Positions 16,433 to 26,186 of a stretch of DNA of 38,744 nt are shown here, one piece after another. Each line of letters begins with the position of its first letter. Within the stretch, counting starts at the first letter, position 1. A program made the translations under genes and the position numbers. The notes under the pieces were generated by a model, which searched no databases, was not told the origin of the DNA, and was given only the letters and a program-made list of their open reading frames with translations. Source of the stretch: an uncultured Campylobacter sp. (lineage in GTDB: Bacteria; Campylobacterota; Campylobacteria; Campylobacterales; Campylobacteraceae); assembly GCF_938018035.1 (NCBI RefSeq), contig NZ_CALIJF010000150.1, forward strand, positions 1 through 38,744, in the 5' to 3' direction.

Positions 16433-17692
16433 ATGAACGAAATTTTAGATATCTGTAAGCGCGCAAAGGCCGCTTGCGGCGAGCTTTTGAGACTTGGTAG
16501 CAAAGCTAAATTTGAAATTTTAAACGCCGTGGCGGATGAGCTGCTCGCACAAAAGGACGCGATAAAAGCGACAAACGCCAAAGACCTTACAAACGGCGAG
16601 AGATCAGGCTTGAACGCAGCGCTGCTAGACCGTCTAAGGCTAACCGACGCCCGTATCGAGGCGATGGCGCAGGGCGTGCGCGAAGTGGCGGGATTTGCAG
16701 AGGTCGTGGGCGAAAATCTAGGCGGCTGGAGCCATCCAAACGGCATGCAAATCAGCCGCGTGCGCGTGCCGCTGGGGGTGCTCGGTATCATCTACGAGAG
16801 CCGCCCAAACGTCAGCATCGACGCGGCGGCTTTGGCGCTAAAAAGCGGCAACGCGGCGATCCTGCGAGGCAGTGCTAGCGCGCTAAATTCGAACATCTTT
16901 TTAGTAAATTTATTTAACGAAGCCGGGGCGAAATTTGGCTTACCGACGGGTGCAGTGCAGCTCGTGGAGAGCGCCGAACGCGAAGTAGTGGCGAAAATGG
17001 CGAAAATGAGCGAGTATATCGACGTTTTGATACCGCGCGGCGGCAAGAGCTTAAAAGATTTTATCGCGCAAAACGCGACCGTGCCGATCATCATGACGGG
17101 CGCGGGGGTGTGTCACATCTTCGTCGATGAAAGCGCAAATTTAAGCGAGGCCGCAAAGATAATCAAAAACGCCAAAACCCAGCGCCCTAGCGTCTGCAAC
17201 GCCGTAGAGTGCGTGCTTTTGCATGAGCGCGTGGCGGGCGAAATTTTGCCTGAGCTTGTGCGCGAAATGCCAGAGGTCGAGTTTCGCGTGAGTTCGGAGC
17301 TTTTTAATGCGTGCGAGTCGGAGTTGCGAGGCGCAAAAAACGTCAAAACGGCTAGCGAGAGCGACTTTGGCGCCGAGTTTTTGGATCTCGTGCTAGCTGT
17401 GCGTGCCGTGCGGGATACGCAGGAGGCGATTAGCTTTATAAATGCGCATTCTAGCGGCCATTCAGACGCGATTTTAAGCGCCGATTACGCAAACATCGAG
17501 CGGTTTTTAAACGAAGTCGGCAGCGCGATCGTCTACGCCAATGCCTCGACGCGCTTTAGCGACGGCAGCGAGTTTGGATTCGGCGGCGAGATCGGCATCA
17601 GCACGCAAAAGCTGCACGCCAGAGGGCCGATGGGGGTGAGGGAGCTCACGACCTATAAATACGTCGTCCGCGGAGGCGGGCAAATTCGTTAG
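16433..17692 (+). CDS. proA: gamma-glutamyl phosphate reductase
   Basis: VPLGVLGIIYESRPNV, KSGNA, PRGG, CNAVE, NASTRFSDG, GISTQKLHARGPMG. Confidence 0.98.
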   Translation: MNEILDICKRAKAACGELLRLGSKAKFEILNAVADELLAQKDAIKATNAKDLTNGERSGLNAALLDRLRLTDARIEAMAQGVREVAGFAEVVGENLGGWSHPNGMQISRVRVPLGVLGIIYESRPNVSIDAAALALKSGNAAILRGSASALNSNIFLVNLFNEAGAKFGLPTGAVQLVESAEREVVAKMAKMSEYIDVLIPRGGKSLKDFIAQNATVPIIMTGAGVCHIFVDESANLSEAAKIIKNAKTQRPSVCNAVECVLLHERVAGEILPELVREMPEVEFRVSSELFNACESELRGAKNVKTASESDFGAEFLDLVLAVRAVRDTQEAISFINAHSSGHSDAILSADYANIERFLNEVGSAIVYANASTRFSDGSEFGFGGEIGISTQKLHARGPMGVRELTTYKYVVRGGGQIR

Positions 17693-17776
17693 CGGCTCGT
17701 CTTTTTCAAAAGGATCATCTTGCGAGCGCTTTTGAGAGAAATTTTGCTTCTCTTGCGCTCGCAACTGCAAGCAGAA

Positions 17777-17880
17777 GTCTAGCTTGCGCAAAATTTTAGC
17801 TTCTAACTCAAAAAATCACCTCGAAATACTTGCAAATTTTATTTTATATCGCAGGCTGAATTCCTTCTGTGATACTTTTA
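17777..17880. repeat. dispersed intergenic repeat, copy 2
   Basis: GTCTAGCTTGCGCAAAATTTTAGC...AAAAATCACCTCGAAATACTTGCAAATTTTATTTTATATCGCAGG...TCTGTGATACTTTTA; preceded by the hairpin TTGCGAGCGC...GCGCTCGCAA. Confidence 0.85.
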
Positions 17881-18023
17881 CCTAATAAACTTGAAATTTT
17901 ATAAATCACCTCTGTCAAAATTTTAAAAATATATGACGCTAAAGTTTTGTCATGCAGGCGAAATTTTGTATCACATCTTACTAAAATTTAAAATTTTTAA
18001 TAAAAATTATATATTCCGCACGA

Positions 18024-18029
18024 TATAAT
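18024..18029 (+). promoter_or_regulatory. sigma-70 -10 box for the amino-acid ABC operon
   Basis: TATAAT after an AT-rich tract; AAGGAG RBS before ATG 18079. Confidence 0.6.
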
Positions 18030-18078
18030 CGCGCATCTGCTCGCAGCGCGAGCGATAGCTAAATTTCAAGGAGATTCA

Positions 18079-18822
18079 ATGAAAATATTTAAAGCCCTGC
18101 TCGCAACAGCGCTGATCACCGCCACCCTAAGCGCTAAGACGCTCAAAGAGGGCACGCTCGTAATAGCCACAGAGGGGACTTACTCGCCGTATTCTTTCTA
18201 TGACGAGAAAAATAATCTTACCGGCTTTGATGTCGATATCGCTCGCGCACTAGCAAAAGAGCTAGGGCTAAAGGCGGAATTTTTAACCGCGCCGTGGGAT
18301 GCGATGCTCGCGGCATTTGACGCAGGCAAAGCGGACATAGCGATGAATCAAGTAAGCATCACGCAGGAGCGCAAGAAAAAATATAATTTCAGCGAGCCTT
18401 ATACCGTGGCTTATGCTGCGCTAGTAGTGCGAGCTGATAACGAGGAGATTAAGAGTTTTGCGGATCTTAAAAGCAAAAAAAGCGTCCACTCCGCTACCAG
18501 TAACTGGGCAGACATGGCACGCAGCTACGGCGCCGAGATCGTTACAGCAGACGGATTTAGCAAGGGCGTGGAGCTCATAATAGCTCGTCGCGCAGACGCT
18601 ACGATCAACGACAATATCACATTTTTCGACTATATGAAGCAGCGCCCAAACGCCCCGCTAAAGATCGCAGCTCAAGGCAATGAGCCGATCTATTCCGCCG
18701 TGCTGCTTAAAAAGGACGACGAGCTGACTGCGCAGATAAATTCCGCGCTAAAATCGCTAAAGCAAAAAGGCGTGCTGAAAGAAATTTCACTTAAATATTT
18801 CGGCAAAGACATTACGGAGTAA
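18079..18822 (+). CDS. polar amino acid ABC transporter substrate-binding protein (cystine TcyA/FliY-like), copy 1
   Basis: Signal peptide; TEGTYSPYSF, GFDVDIA, WDAML, NQV, YFGKD (SBP family 3). Confidence 0.9.
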   Translation: MKIFKALLATALITATLSAKTLKEGTLVIATEGTYSPYSFYDEKNNLTGFDVDIARALAKELGLKAEFLTAPWDAMLAAFDAGKADIAMNQVSITQERKKKYNFSEPYTVAYAALVVRADNEEIKSFADLKSKKSVHSATSNWADMARSYGAEIVTADGFSKGVELIIARRADATINDNITFFDYMKQRPNAPLKIAAQGNEPIYSAVLLKKDDELTAQINSALKSLKQKGVLKEISLKYFGKDITE

Positions 18823-18915
18823 ATTTTACGACCGCTTAGTTGAAGCGTGGAATTTTAAACTTAGCTGAGTGGAATTTTGCATTTTAAATTTCGCTCATAA
18901 AATTTTGGAGGAATT

Positions 18916-19665
18916 ATGAAAAATTTAATAAAAACTTTGCTTGCGTGCGCGCTTTTAATATGCGGCGCAAACGCTAAAACGCTACGCGAAGGTACGCTTA
19001 AAGTAGCTACTGAAGGCACCTTTTCGCCATTTTCGTATTATAACGACAAAAATGAGCTCGTAGGATACGACGTAGATGTCGCGCGCGCAGTCGCCGAAAA
19101 GCTTGGTCTAAAAATAGAATTTCTAACCGCGCCTTGGGATGCGATGCTTGCAGCATTTGATGCAGGCAAGGCAGACGCTGTATTTAATCAAGTAAGCATC
19201 ACTGATGAGCGCAAGAAAAAATATGAGTATTCTGTGCCCTACACCGTCGTTTACGGAGCTATCATCGTGCATAAAGATAACAACGACATTAAAAGCTTCG
19301 AGGATTTAAAAGGCAAGAAAAATGCGGACTCCGCTACCAGCAACTGGGCGCAAGTCGCTAAAAAATACGGCGCGCAAAACGTAACCGTCGATAGTTTTGC
19401 TAAAAGTATGGAGCTGCTGATCGCTCGCCGCGTAGATACCGTCGTGCGCGACAATACCGTATTTTACGACTTTTTAAAACAACGCCCGGGCGCTCCGATT
19501 AAGATCGCTACAAAGCTAAAAGACGTCGATTATAGCGCCGCAATAGTTCAAAAGGGCAATAAAGAGCTCGCAGATCAAATCAGCAAAGCCTTAAACGAAC
19601 TCAAAGCCGAAGGCAAGCTAAAAGAAATTTCACTTAAATATTTCGGCAAAGATGTGAGTGAATGA
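18916..19665 (+). CDS. polar amino acid ABC transporter substrate-binding protein (cystine TcyA/FliY-like), copy 2
   Basis: Paralogue of the preceding gene; TEGTFSPFSY, GYDVDVA, NQVSITDERKKKY. Confidence 0.9.
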   Translation: MKNLIKTLLACALLICGANAKTLREGTLKVATEGTFSPFSYYNDKNELVGYDVDVARAVAEKLGLKIEFLTAPWDAMLAAFDAGKADAVFNQVSITDERKKKYEYSVPYTVVYGAIIVHKDNNDIKSFEDLKGKKNADSATSNWAQVAKKYGAQNVTVDSFAKSMELLIARRVDTVVRDNTVFYDFLKQRPGAPIKIATKLKDVDYSAAIVQKGNKELADQISKALNELKAEGKLKEISLKYFGKDVSE

Positions 19666-20330
19666 ACGAAACAAGCAGAATTTTAGAGCTTGTTAGCAGC
19701 TCGCTAGAGCCGATGGCGCTAGCCCTGCTGCAAGTTACGATCCCGCTTACGATAATCTCATTTCTACTAGGGCTTGTGCTTGCGGTGCTGACGGCGGTCG
19801 CACGCATCGCAAATTTTAAAATTTTAAAGCAGCTAAGCGAAATTTATATTTGGATTTTTCGCGGCACTCCGCTTTTGGTGCAGCTTTTTATCGTCTATTT
19901 CGGGCTTCCAATCATCGGGATCACACTTGATGTTTGGGCTGCTGCGATCATTACCTTTAGCCTAAATATCGGAGCTTACGCTTCAGAAGCGGTACGAGCT
20001 GCGATCCTATCGGTACCAAAGGGGCAGTGGGAAGCAGCTACCTCACTAGGCATGAGCTACGCTCAAATTCTGCGCCGCATTATCGCTCCGCAAGCAGCAC
20101 GCATATCGCTACCGCCGCTATCAAATATATTTATCTCTACGCTTAAAGACACTTCGCTCGTAGCCTCGATTACGATGGTCGATATGTTTATGGTCGCTCA
20201 ACGTATCGCTGCACGGGCATTCGATCCGCTTACGTTATACGTACTGGCGGCGCTATTTTATCTAGCAGTCTGCACCCTTCTTACGTTCTTACAATCCAAG
20301 CTAGAGCGACGATTTTCAAGGTTCGTGTGA
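19662..20330 (+). CDS. polar amino acid ABC transporter permease (TcyB/YecS-like)
   Basis: FRGTPLLVQLF, AYASEAVRAAILSVPKGQWEAA (EAA loop), LKDTSL. Confidence 0.93.
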   Translation: MNETSRILELVSSSLEPMALALLQVTIPLTIISFLLGLVLAVLTAVARIANFKILKQLSEIYIWIFRGTPLLVQLFIVYFGLPIIGITLDVWAAAIITFSLNIGAYASEAVRAAILSVPKGQWEAATSLGMSYAQILRRIIAPQAARISLPPLSNIFISTLKDTSLVASITMVDMFMVAQRIAARAFDPLTLYVLAALFYLAVCTLLTFLQSKLERRFSRFV

Positions 20331-21064
20331 TGATAAAATTTACGAACTTAACTAAGCGCTTCGGCGATCACGTCGTGCTAAATGGGCTAAGCTTAGAATT
20401 TCGCGACGGGCAAACGACAGTGATTTTAGGAAGCTCCGGCTCTGGCAAATCCACGATGCTGCGCTGCATAAATCTGCTCGAAATTCCAAGCGGCGGCGAG
20501 CTACAGCTAGGCGAGTTTAAGATAAATTTCGATGCTCCGCATAAAACAAGCGAATATCATCCATTCCGCGCGCATACGGGCATGGTTTTTCAAAGCTTCA
20601 ATCTCTTTCCGCACCTCAACGTCTTGCAAAACGTCATCGAAGCGCCCGTGCACGTGCTAAAGCAACCACGCGAGCTTGCCGAGGCAAATGCAATGGCGCT
20701 GCTAAAAAAAGTCGGCATGGCAGATAAAGCTGGCGCATATCCGGCTCGCCTTTCCGGCGGTCAGAGCCAGCGCGTGGCGATCGCGCGGGCGCTTGCGATG
20801 CAGCCTGAGTTTTTGCTACTGGATGAGCCTACGAGCGCGCTTGATCCCGAGCTTGAGGCGCAGGTGTTAAAGACTATCGCCGAGCTTGCCGCAGAGGATC
20901 GCTCACTCATCATCGTCACGCACAATATGGGCTTTGCACGCAAGATCGCAGATAGAATTTTATTCTTAGACGGCGGAGTTATCGCATTCGACGGCGACGC
21001 AGAGGAATTCTTCGGTAGCAGCGACGAGCGCATAGCTAAATTTATCGGAGCGATGAGCTTTTAA
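20330..21064 (+). CDS. polar amino acid ABC transporter ATPase (TcyC-like)
   Basis: GSSGSGKST, LSGGQ, LLLDEPTSALD, VTH; TGATG coupling. Confidence 0.94.
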   Translation: MIKFTNLTKRFGDHVVLNGLSLEFRDGQTTVILGSSGSGKSTMLRCINLLEIPSGGELQLGEFKINFDAPHKTSEYHPFRAHTGMVFQSFNLFPHLNVLQNVIEAPVHVLKQPRELAEANAMALLKKVGMADKAGAYPARLSGGQSQRVAIARALAMQPEFLLLDEPTSALDPELEAQVLKTIAELAAEDRSLIIVTHNMGFARKIADRILFLDGGVIAFDGDAEEFFGSSDERIAKFIGAMSF

Positions 21065-21089
21065 ATCCATTAAATTTCAAGGAGAAAAG

Positions 21090-22226
21090 ATGAAAGTAGA
21101 TACCCTAATCGTAAAGGGCATAGAGGCCAAGTCCAACCCCCACAACGCGGTGATTCCGCCGATATATCTAGCCAGCACCTTCGTGCAAGAAAGCCTGGAT
21201 GACTTCGGCAAATACGCCTACTCGCGCGGCGCAAATCCTACGCGCAACGCCTTCGAAGAGCTTTTTGCAAAATTTGAAGGCAGCAAATACGCCTTCGCGC
21301 TAGCCTCGGGTATGGCGGCTACGAGCGCTGCATTCGCGCTGCTTAAAAGCGGCGATCGCGTGCTGTTAAATAACAACGTCTACGGCGGCACCTATCGCTA
21401 CGTAAGCGGTATTTTTAAAAATCAAGGGATAAATTACGACTTGGTGGATGATCTAAATTTGATCACCGAAATTCCAAGCGACGTCAAAATGGTCTTCATC
21501 GAGACGCCATCAAATCCGCTTTTGCGCGTAACCGACATTGAGCGCATCAGCGAGCTCGCGCACAAAAACGGCGCGCTTGTGGTTATGGATAATACCTTTT
21601 TGACCCCATATTATCAGCGCCCGCTAGAGCACGGCGCAGACGTCGTGGTTTATAGCGCGACAAAATACATAGGCGGGCATGCCGATCTGATCGCCGGCAT
21701 CGTTACGACGAACGACGACGAGCTTGCCGCAAGAATTCAGTTTATGAAAAACACTCTGGGCGCGACGCTGTCGCCTACCGATGCGTATTCGCTAATACGC
21801 GGACTTAAAACGCTAAGCGTGCGCTTCGACCGCCAGAGCGAAAATACGCTAAAGATAATAGAATTTTTACGCAGCAATCCTGCGGTAGAGGCGGTAAATT
21901 TCGCAGGCTCGCATTCTGCGAGCGAAAAAAAGATACAAGATCGCCAAGCTAGCGGCATCGGAGCGGTTATCTCGCTGGTGCTTAAGCCGCAATACGACTA
22001 TAAAACCTTTGCGCGCAGCCTTGAGCTATTTGATCTAGCCGTGAGCCTGGGCGGCGTAGAGAGCCTGATCTGCCACCCCGCGTCGATGACGCACGAGAGC
22101 TATCCGCGCGAGCTGCAAGAGCGCATCGGCATCAGTCAAAATTTGCTGCGCCTAGCCATAGGCATCGAAAACGCGGACGATCTCATAGCAGACCTTGCCG
22201 CCGCGCTAGAAAAATCAAAAAAATAG
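21090..22226 (+). CDS. PLP-dependent transsulfuration enzyme (cystathionine gamma-synthase/gamma-lyase family)
   Basis: YSRGANPT, SGMAA, YGGT, ETPSNP, DNTF, SATKYIGGHAD (PLP Lys), SLGGVESL, LRLAIGIE. Confidence 0.93.
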   Translation: MKVDTLIVKGIEAKSNPHNAVIPPIYLASTFVQESLDDFGKYAYSRGANPTRNAFEELFAKFEGSKYAFALASGMAATSAAFALLKSGDRVLLNNNVYGGTYRYVSGIFKNQGINYDLVDDLNLITEIPSDVKMVFIETPSNPLLRVTDIERISELAHKNGALVVMDNTFLTPYYQRPLEHGADVVVYSATKYIGGHADLIAGIVTTNDDELAARIQFMKNTLGATLSPTDAYSLIRGLKTLSVRFDRQSENTLKIIEFLRSNPAVEAVNFAGSHSASEKKIQDRQASGIGAVISLVLKPQYDYKTFARSLELFDLAVSLGGVESLICHPASMTHESYPRELQERIGISQNLLRLAIGIENADDLIADLAAALEKSKK

Positions 22227-22322
22227 GCGGCACGGAATTTACGCAAGCTCGCGGAATTTTTATGCAGGCTTGTAAAAATTTGCGCGGGCGCGCAGAATTC
22301 ATGTCAAAATTTAGTCCGAAAT

Positions 22323-22352
22323 CCTTATAGCTTCGCTCGTGAAGCTATAAGG
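22323..22352. terminator. strong hairpin between convergent genes
   Basis: Perfect 12-bp stem CCTTATAGCTTC-GCTCGT-GAAGCTATAAGG. Confidence 0.6.
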
Positions 22353-22863
22353 GCGCGGTCTTTACGAATCGGCGCGCATGGCGGGTTTAAAAAGACCTGC
22401 CGCCGATCATTTCATCTTACAAAAATTGCTTTTTGCAAAACCCATGTCCATTTTCTTGCGGGCTAAATTTTGTATGGATTTTCACTCGTTAAATTTTACG
22501 AAGCGCGCGGCTTTTCGTAAAATTTAAATTTAAAAATTTCGTCACTACGGCGTTGAAATGAAATTTTAATTTATACGCACGGCAAGATTTATCCAGACCT
22601 CTTGCTAAAACACATCGTTTAAATTTAATTCGGATAAATCTATCTAACCGCCGTTTGATATTGCCAAGCGGAGAGCTTAAATTTAATCAAAAATTTAAAG
22701 ACGGCGGCGATCTGTGCCGCACCACGCCAGCTGCTCGGTCTAAATTTAGCGCGATTAAATCTATCAAACGAGCAAATTTAGGCTCCGTCTTGCTCAAAAT
22801 TTAAAATTCTGCACGCCGTTTAAATTCCACTTAAATTTTAGCCGCGTTTTAAATTTAGCGTAG

Positions 22864-25680
22864 TTACTTCAGCTCACCCCAGCGCTTGGCGATATTTAGG
22901 CTCGTCTTAAGCGGCACGTTTAGGCTTGCCGCGCTTTGCATTATCTCCTGCGCGCGCTCGCCGAAGCTCTGCGCCAAATCGTCCCGCACCTCGAAGATCA
23001 GCTCATCGTGGATCTGCAATATCAGCCGCGCCTCGTCGCTTAGCAGCGGCGAAATCTCAACCATCGCCTTTTTGATGATGTCGGCTGCGGAGCCTTGAAA
23101 TTTCGTATTTACCGCCTCGCGCTCGTAGCTTGCATAGACCATGTTGTTACGCGCGTTTGCGAAGTCGAAGTAGCGCCTGCGCCCAAAAAGCGTGCTTACG
23201 TAGCCGCCTTCTTTCGCGTCCGATTTTATGCTTTGCAAAAACTCCTTGATCGTGGAAAATGCCGCAAAATAGCGCTCGATATAGCCTTTCGCCTCGGCGC
23301 GCGCGATGCCTAGGCTATCGCTTAGCTTACCCGCGCCCATGCCGTAGATGAGGCCGAAATTTATGCTCTTTGCGATCGTGCGGTGCGCGGGCTGCGCGTC
23401 GCCGAAAATGCTGATCGCCGTGCGCGCGTGAATGTCCTCATCCGCCCTAAACGCCGCCAAAAGCGCAGGATCGCGCGAAAAGTGCGCGAGCAGGCGCAGC
23501 TCGATCTGCGAGTAATCAAGCGAGATCAGCGAGTAGCCCCCCTCTGCTAGGAAGCAGTCCCGTACGTCCTTCGCAAAGGTGCCGCGCGCGGGGATATTTT
23601 GCAGGTTCGGATTTTTGCTCGCTAGCCGCCCGGTAGCCGTGCCGGTCTGCAAGAAATTCGATCTGACGCGGTTTTGCGGATCTGCAAGGGCAAGCTGTAG
23701 CAGCGGCTCGCAATAGGTGCTTTGCAGCTTAAACAGCTCGCGGTAGTCTAGAATTTTACCCACCGCGGGATGCAGCGCCGTAAGATCCTTTAGCACGCTT
23801 TCATCGGTGCTGTAGCCCGTCTTGGTGCGCTTCGCCGCCGGAAGTCCTAGCCGCTCAAAAAGCACGGCGCCGAGCTGAGCAGGAGAGTTGATGTTAAACT
23901 GCTCGCCGCAAAGCTCATAAATTTCATCCGTGAGCGCTCGCAGGGACTTTTCGTTGCGCGCGATAAGGCCTTTTATCATCTCCGCGTCTATCTTGATGCC
24001 GCATCTTTGCATCTGCCAAAGCACCCGCACGAATGGGAACTCAAGCTCCTGCGCGAGCTTAAAAAGCGAAGGCTCAAGTAGCTGTTTGAGCTTAAAATAC
24101 AGCCTCAGCGTCACCCACGCATCCTCGCTCGCATAGATCGTAGCGGCGTCCAGCTCCACGGAGGCGAAGGTCTCGCCCTTTTTGACGACGTCGCCGAAAT
24201 GCACCGTCTCGTACCCAAGATACCGCGGCGAGATAGAGTCCATCCCCACGGCGTTTGCGGGATCGAGCAGCCACGCTAGCACCATCGTATCGGCAAAACG
24301 CGCAGCAGGCTCGATATTAAAATTATTTTTCACGATCTCAAAATCGTATTTTAAATTTTGCCCCACGACATATCCGCGAAACAGAGAGCCGATCGCGGCC
24401 TTTGCGGCATCCGAAGAAATTTGAGCCGGAGCGCCCAAATAACTATGCGCTAGCGGGACGTAGTAGGCGCGCTCCTCGTTAAACGCGAACGAAAAGCCCA
24501 CGATCTTGGCGTTTTTGCTATCGACGCTAGTGGTTTCTGTATCGAAGCTCACCAAGGTCTCGGCACTGACGCTCTCGCACAGCCTCGCAAGCTCCACTGC
24601 ATCGGTAATGCAAATAGGCTCAAAGGGCGTTTTAAAAGCGCGCTCGGAATTTTGCCCGCCGCAAGCAGAGCCGCTAGGGATAGAATTTTGCCCGTCTAGC
24701 CCCCCTACGGCAGCGTCCAAGATAGATCCGCCGCGAGACGACTCTGCGCCGAAGCTCTTCCCGCCTGCGCCCAAAACGGAGCTTTTTGCGCTTGCGCCTT
24801 TACCCTCGCTCCAAAGATCAAGCCCGTTTTGCTCCTGCAGGCTTAACGCGGACAGCAGTCTGTTTAGCGCGTAATCTTTTAAAATTTCGCGGATTTTAAA
24901 AAGCGGATTTTGCTGCGGAAATTTCGCGTCCTCTAAAGGCGGGATTTCCAACTCATCGTAAAGCGTAGCCAGGCGCTTGCTTATGTAGGCGCTCTGCCTT
25001 CCCTCTATCAGATACTCGCGCTGTTTGTTTTGCGGCAGGCGGTCTAAATTTGAATAGATCCCCTCAAGCGAGCCCCACTCGTCTAAAAGCTTCTTCGCCC
25101 CCTTATCGCCGATGCCCCGCACGCCCGGGATATTATCGGCGCTGTCGCCGCAGATCGCCAAAAAGTCCACGATCTGCTCGGGATAGACGCCGTAGCGCTG
25201 CAAGCACTCCTCTCTTCCGTAAAGCATCTTTTTGCCGTGGCTGTAAATTTTAACGTTTTCGCCGATGAGCTGATACAGGTCCTTGTCGGAGGTAACGATG
25301 TTGATTTTATGCGTGGCGCCGTGCTTTTTGACGACGCTTGCGATGAGATCGTCCGCCTCGTAGCCCTCGCGTCCGAGCGAGTAAAGCCCCATCTTTTCGA
25401 TCATCTCGATGCAGACCGGCAGCTGTTGCAAAAGCGCGGGCGGCGGGGCTTGGCGGTTGGTTTTGTAGTTGGGATCGATATCCGAGCGGAAGGTCTTGCC
25501 CTTGCTATCCAGAGCGAAAATTATATAATCGCTCTTAAATTCCTTCGAAAGATTTGCGATGAAGCTCGCAAATCCGCTCACCATGCCGCTGGGTTTGCCG
25601 TCTTTGGTCTTTAGCCCGCTCATAGCGTAGTAGAGCCTGAAAAAAAAGCCGAACGTATCGATGATCGTGATGGTCTGCAT
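22864..25680 (-). CDS. polA: DNA polymerase I
   Basis: 5'-3' exonuclease (YEADD, SDKD, GDSADNIPGV), 3'-5' exonuclease (FDTET), polymerase motifs (DYSQIELR, KSINFGLIYG, QIHDEL). Confidence 0.98.
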   Translation of the reverse strand: MQTITIIDTFGFFFRLYYAMSGLKTKDGKPSGMVSGFASFIANLSKEFKSDYIIFALDSKGKTFRSDIDPNYKTNRQAPPPALLQQLPVCIEMIEKMGLYSLGREGYEADDLIASVVKKHGATHKINIVTSDKDLYQLIGENVKIYSHGKKMLYGREECLQRYGVYPEQIVDFLAICGDSADNIPGVRGIGDKGAKKLLDEWGSLEGIYSNLDRLPQNKQREYLIEGRQSAYISKRLATLYDELEIPPLEDAKFPQQNPLFKIREILKDYALNRLLSALSLQEQNGLDLWSEGKGASAKSSVLGAGGKSFGAESSRGGSILDAAVGGLDGQNSIPSGSACGGQNSERAFKTPFEPICITDAVELARLCESVSAETLVSFDTETTSVDSKNAKIVGFSFAFNEERAYYVPLAHSYLGAPAQISSDAAKAAIGSLFRGYVVGQNLKYDFEIVKNNFNIEPAARFADTMVLAWLLDPANAVGMDSISPRYLGYETVHFGDVVKKGETFASVELDAATIYASEDAWVTLRLYFKLKQLLEPSLFKLAQELEFPFVRVLWQMQRCGIKIDAEMIKGLIARNEKSLRALTDEIYELCGEQFNINSPAQLGAVLFERLGLPAAKRTKTGYSTDESVLKDLTALHPAVGKILDYRELFKLQSTYCEPLLQLALADPQNRVRSNFLQTGTATGRLASKNPNLQNIPARGTFAKDVRDCFLAEGGYSLISLDYSQIELRLLAHFSRDPALLAAFRADEDIHARTAISIFGDAQPAHRTIAKSINFGLIYGMGAGKLSDSLGIARAEAKGYIERYFAAFSTIKEFLQSIKSDAKEGGYVSTLFGRRRYFDFANARNNMVYASYEREAVNTKFQGSAADIIKKAMVEISPLLSDEARLILQIHDELIFEVRDDLAQSFGERAQEIMQSAASLNVPLKTSLNIAKRWGELK

Positions 25681-25754
25681 AATGGTCCTCGGATTTAAAA
25701 TTTTAACGCATAGTGTATTAAAATTCGGCTAAATTTACAAATTCCAAATAGGAC

Positions 25755-25768
25755 TTGATCTGCCTCAT
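25755..25768 (+). promoter_or_regulatory. candidate Crp/Fnr-family (Nss/Dnr-type) binding site
   Basis: TTGAT-CTGC-CTCAT (7 of 8 match to TTGA-N6-TCAA), centred about -41.5 relative to a start inferred from TATAAT at 25791-25796. Confidence 0.5.
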
Positions 25769-25790
25769 TTCAAAATTTTAAAATTTGCTA

Positions 25791-25796
25791 TATAAT
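25791..25796 (+). promoter_or_regulatory. sigma-70 -10 box
   Basis: TATAAT upstream of an AAGGA RBS and ATG 25825. Confidence 0.65.
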
Positions 25797-25824
25797 CGCG
25801 CGAAATTTTAAAAAAGGATCAAGT

Positions 25825-26169
25825 ATGGATTTTTTCACAGACTGGCAGGAGTTTGACGCAGCGGGCGCTACGGTGAAATTTTATAAAAAATCGCAAGGCG
25901 GCGTGGAGTACATCGGCTTTGATTCGCGCAAATGCGTCCCGCCCGAGCCGATGGTAAATGCGCTGGTGGCGTTAAATTTCGTAAAAGACGAAACCAAAAA
26001 GGTCGTCATGGTCAATCATAAATTCCCAATGGGACTGATCCCGAAGATCGAGTCTAAATTTGACATTGCCCGCGAGGATCTGGACGGCGACGCGGTCAAG
26101 CTCACCATCAGTCTAAAGCCCGGCGCGGTCAATGAGGGCTTCGACACCAACGCGAAGTGCCACGGCTAA
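25825..26169 (+). CDS. small protein with TusA/DUF2249-like features
   Basis: DSRKCVPPEPMVNAL and NHKFPMGLIP resemble the D-x-R...P-P-E-P and N-H/D-x-x-P-x-x-L patterns of DUF2249/TusA-like domains; C-terminal CHG. Confidence 0.6.
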   Translation: MDFFTDWQEFDAAGATVKFYKKSQGGVEYIGFDSRKCVPPEPMVNALVALNFVKDETKKVVMVNHKFPMGLIPKIESKFDIAREDLDGDAVKLTISLKPGAVNEGFDTNAKCHG

Positions 26170-26186
26170 AGGGCTTTAAAATTTAG

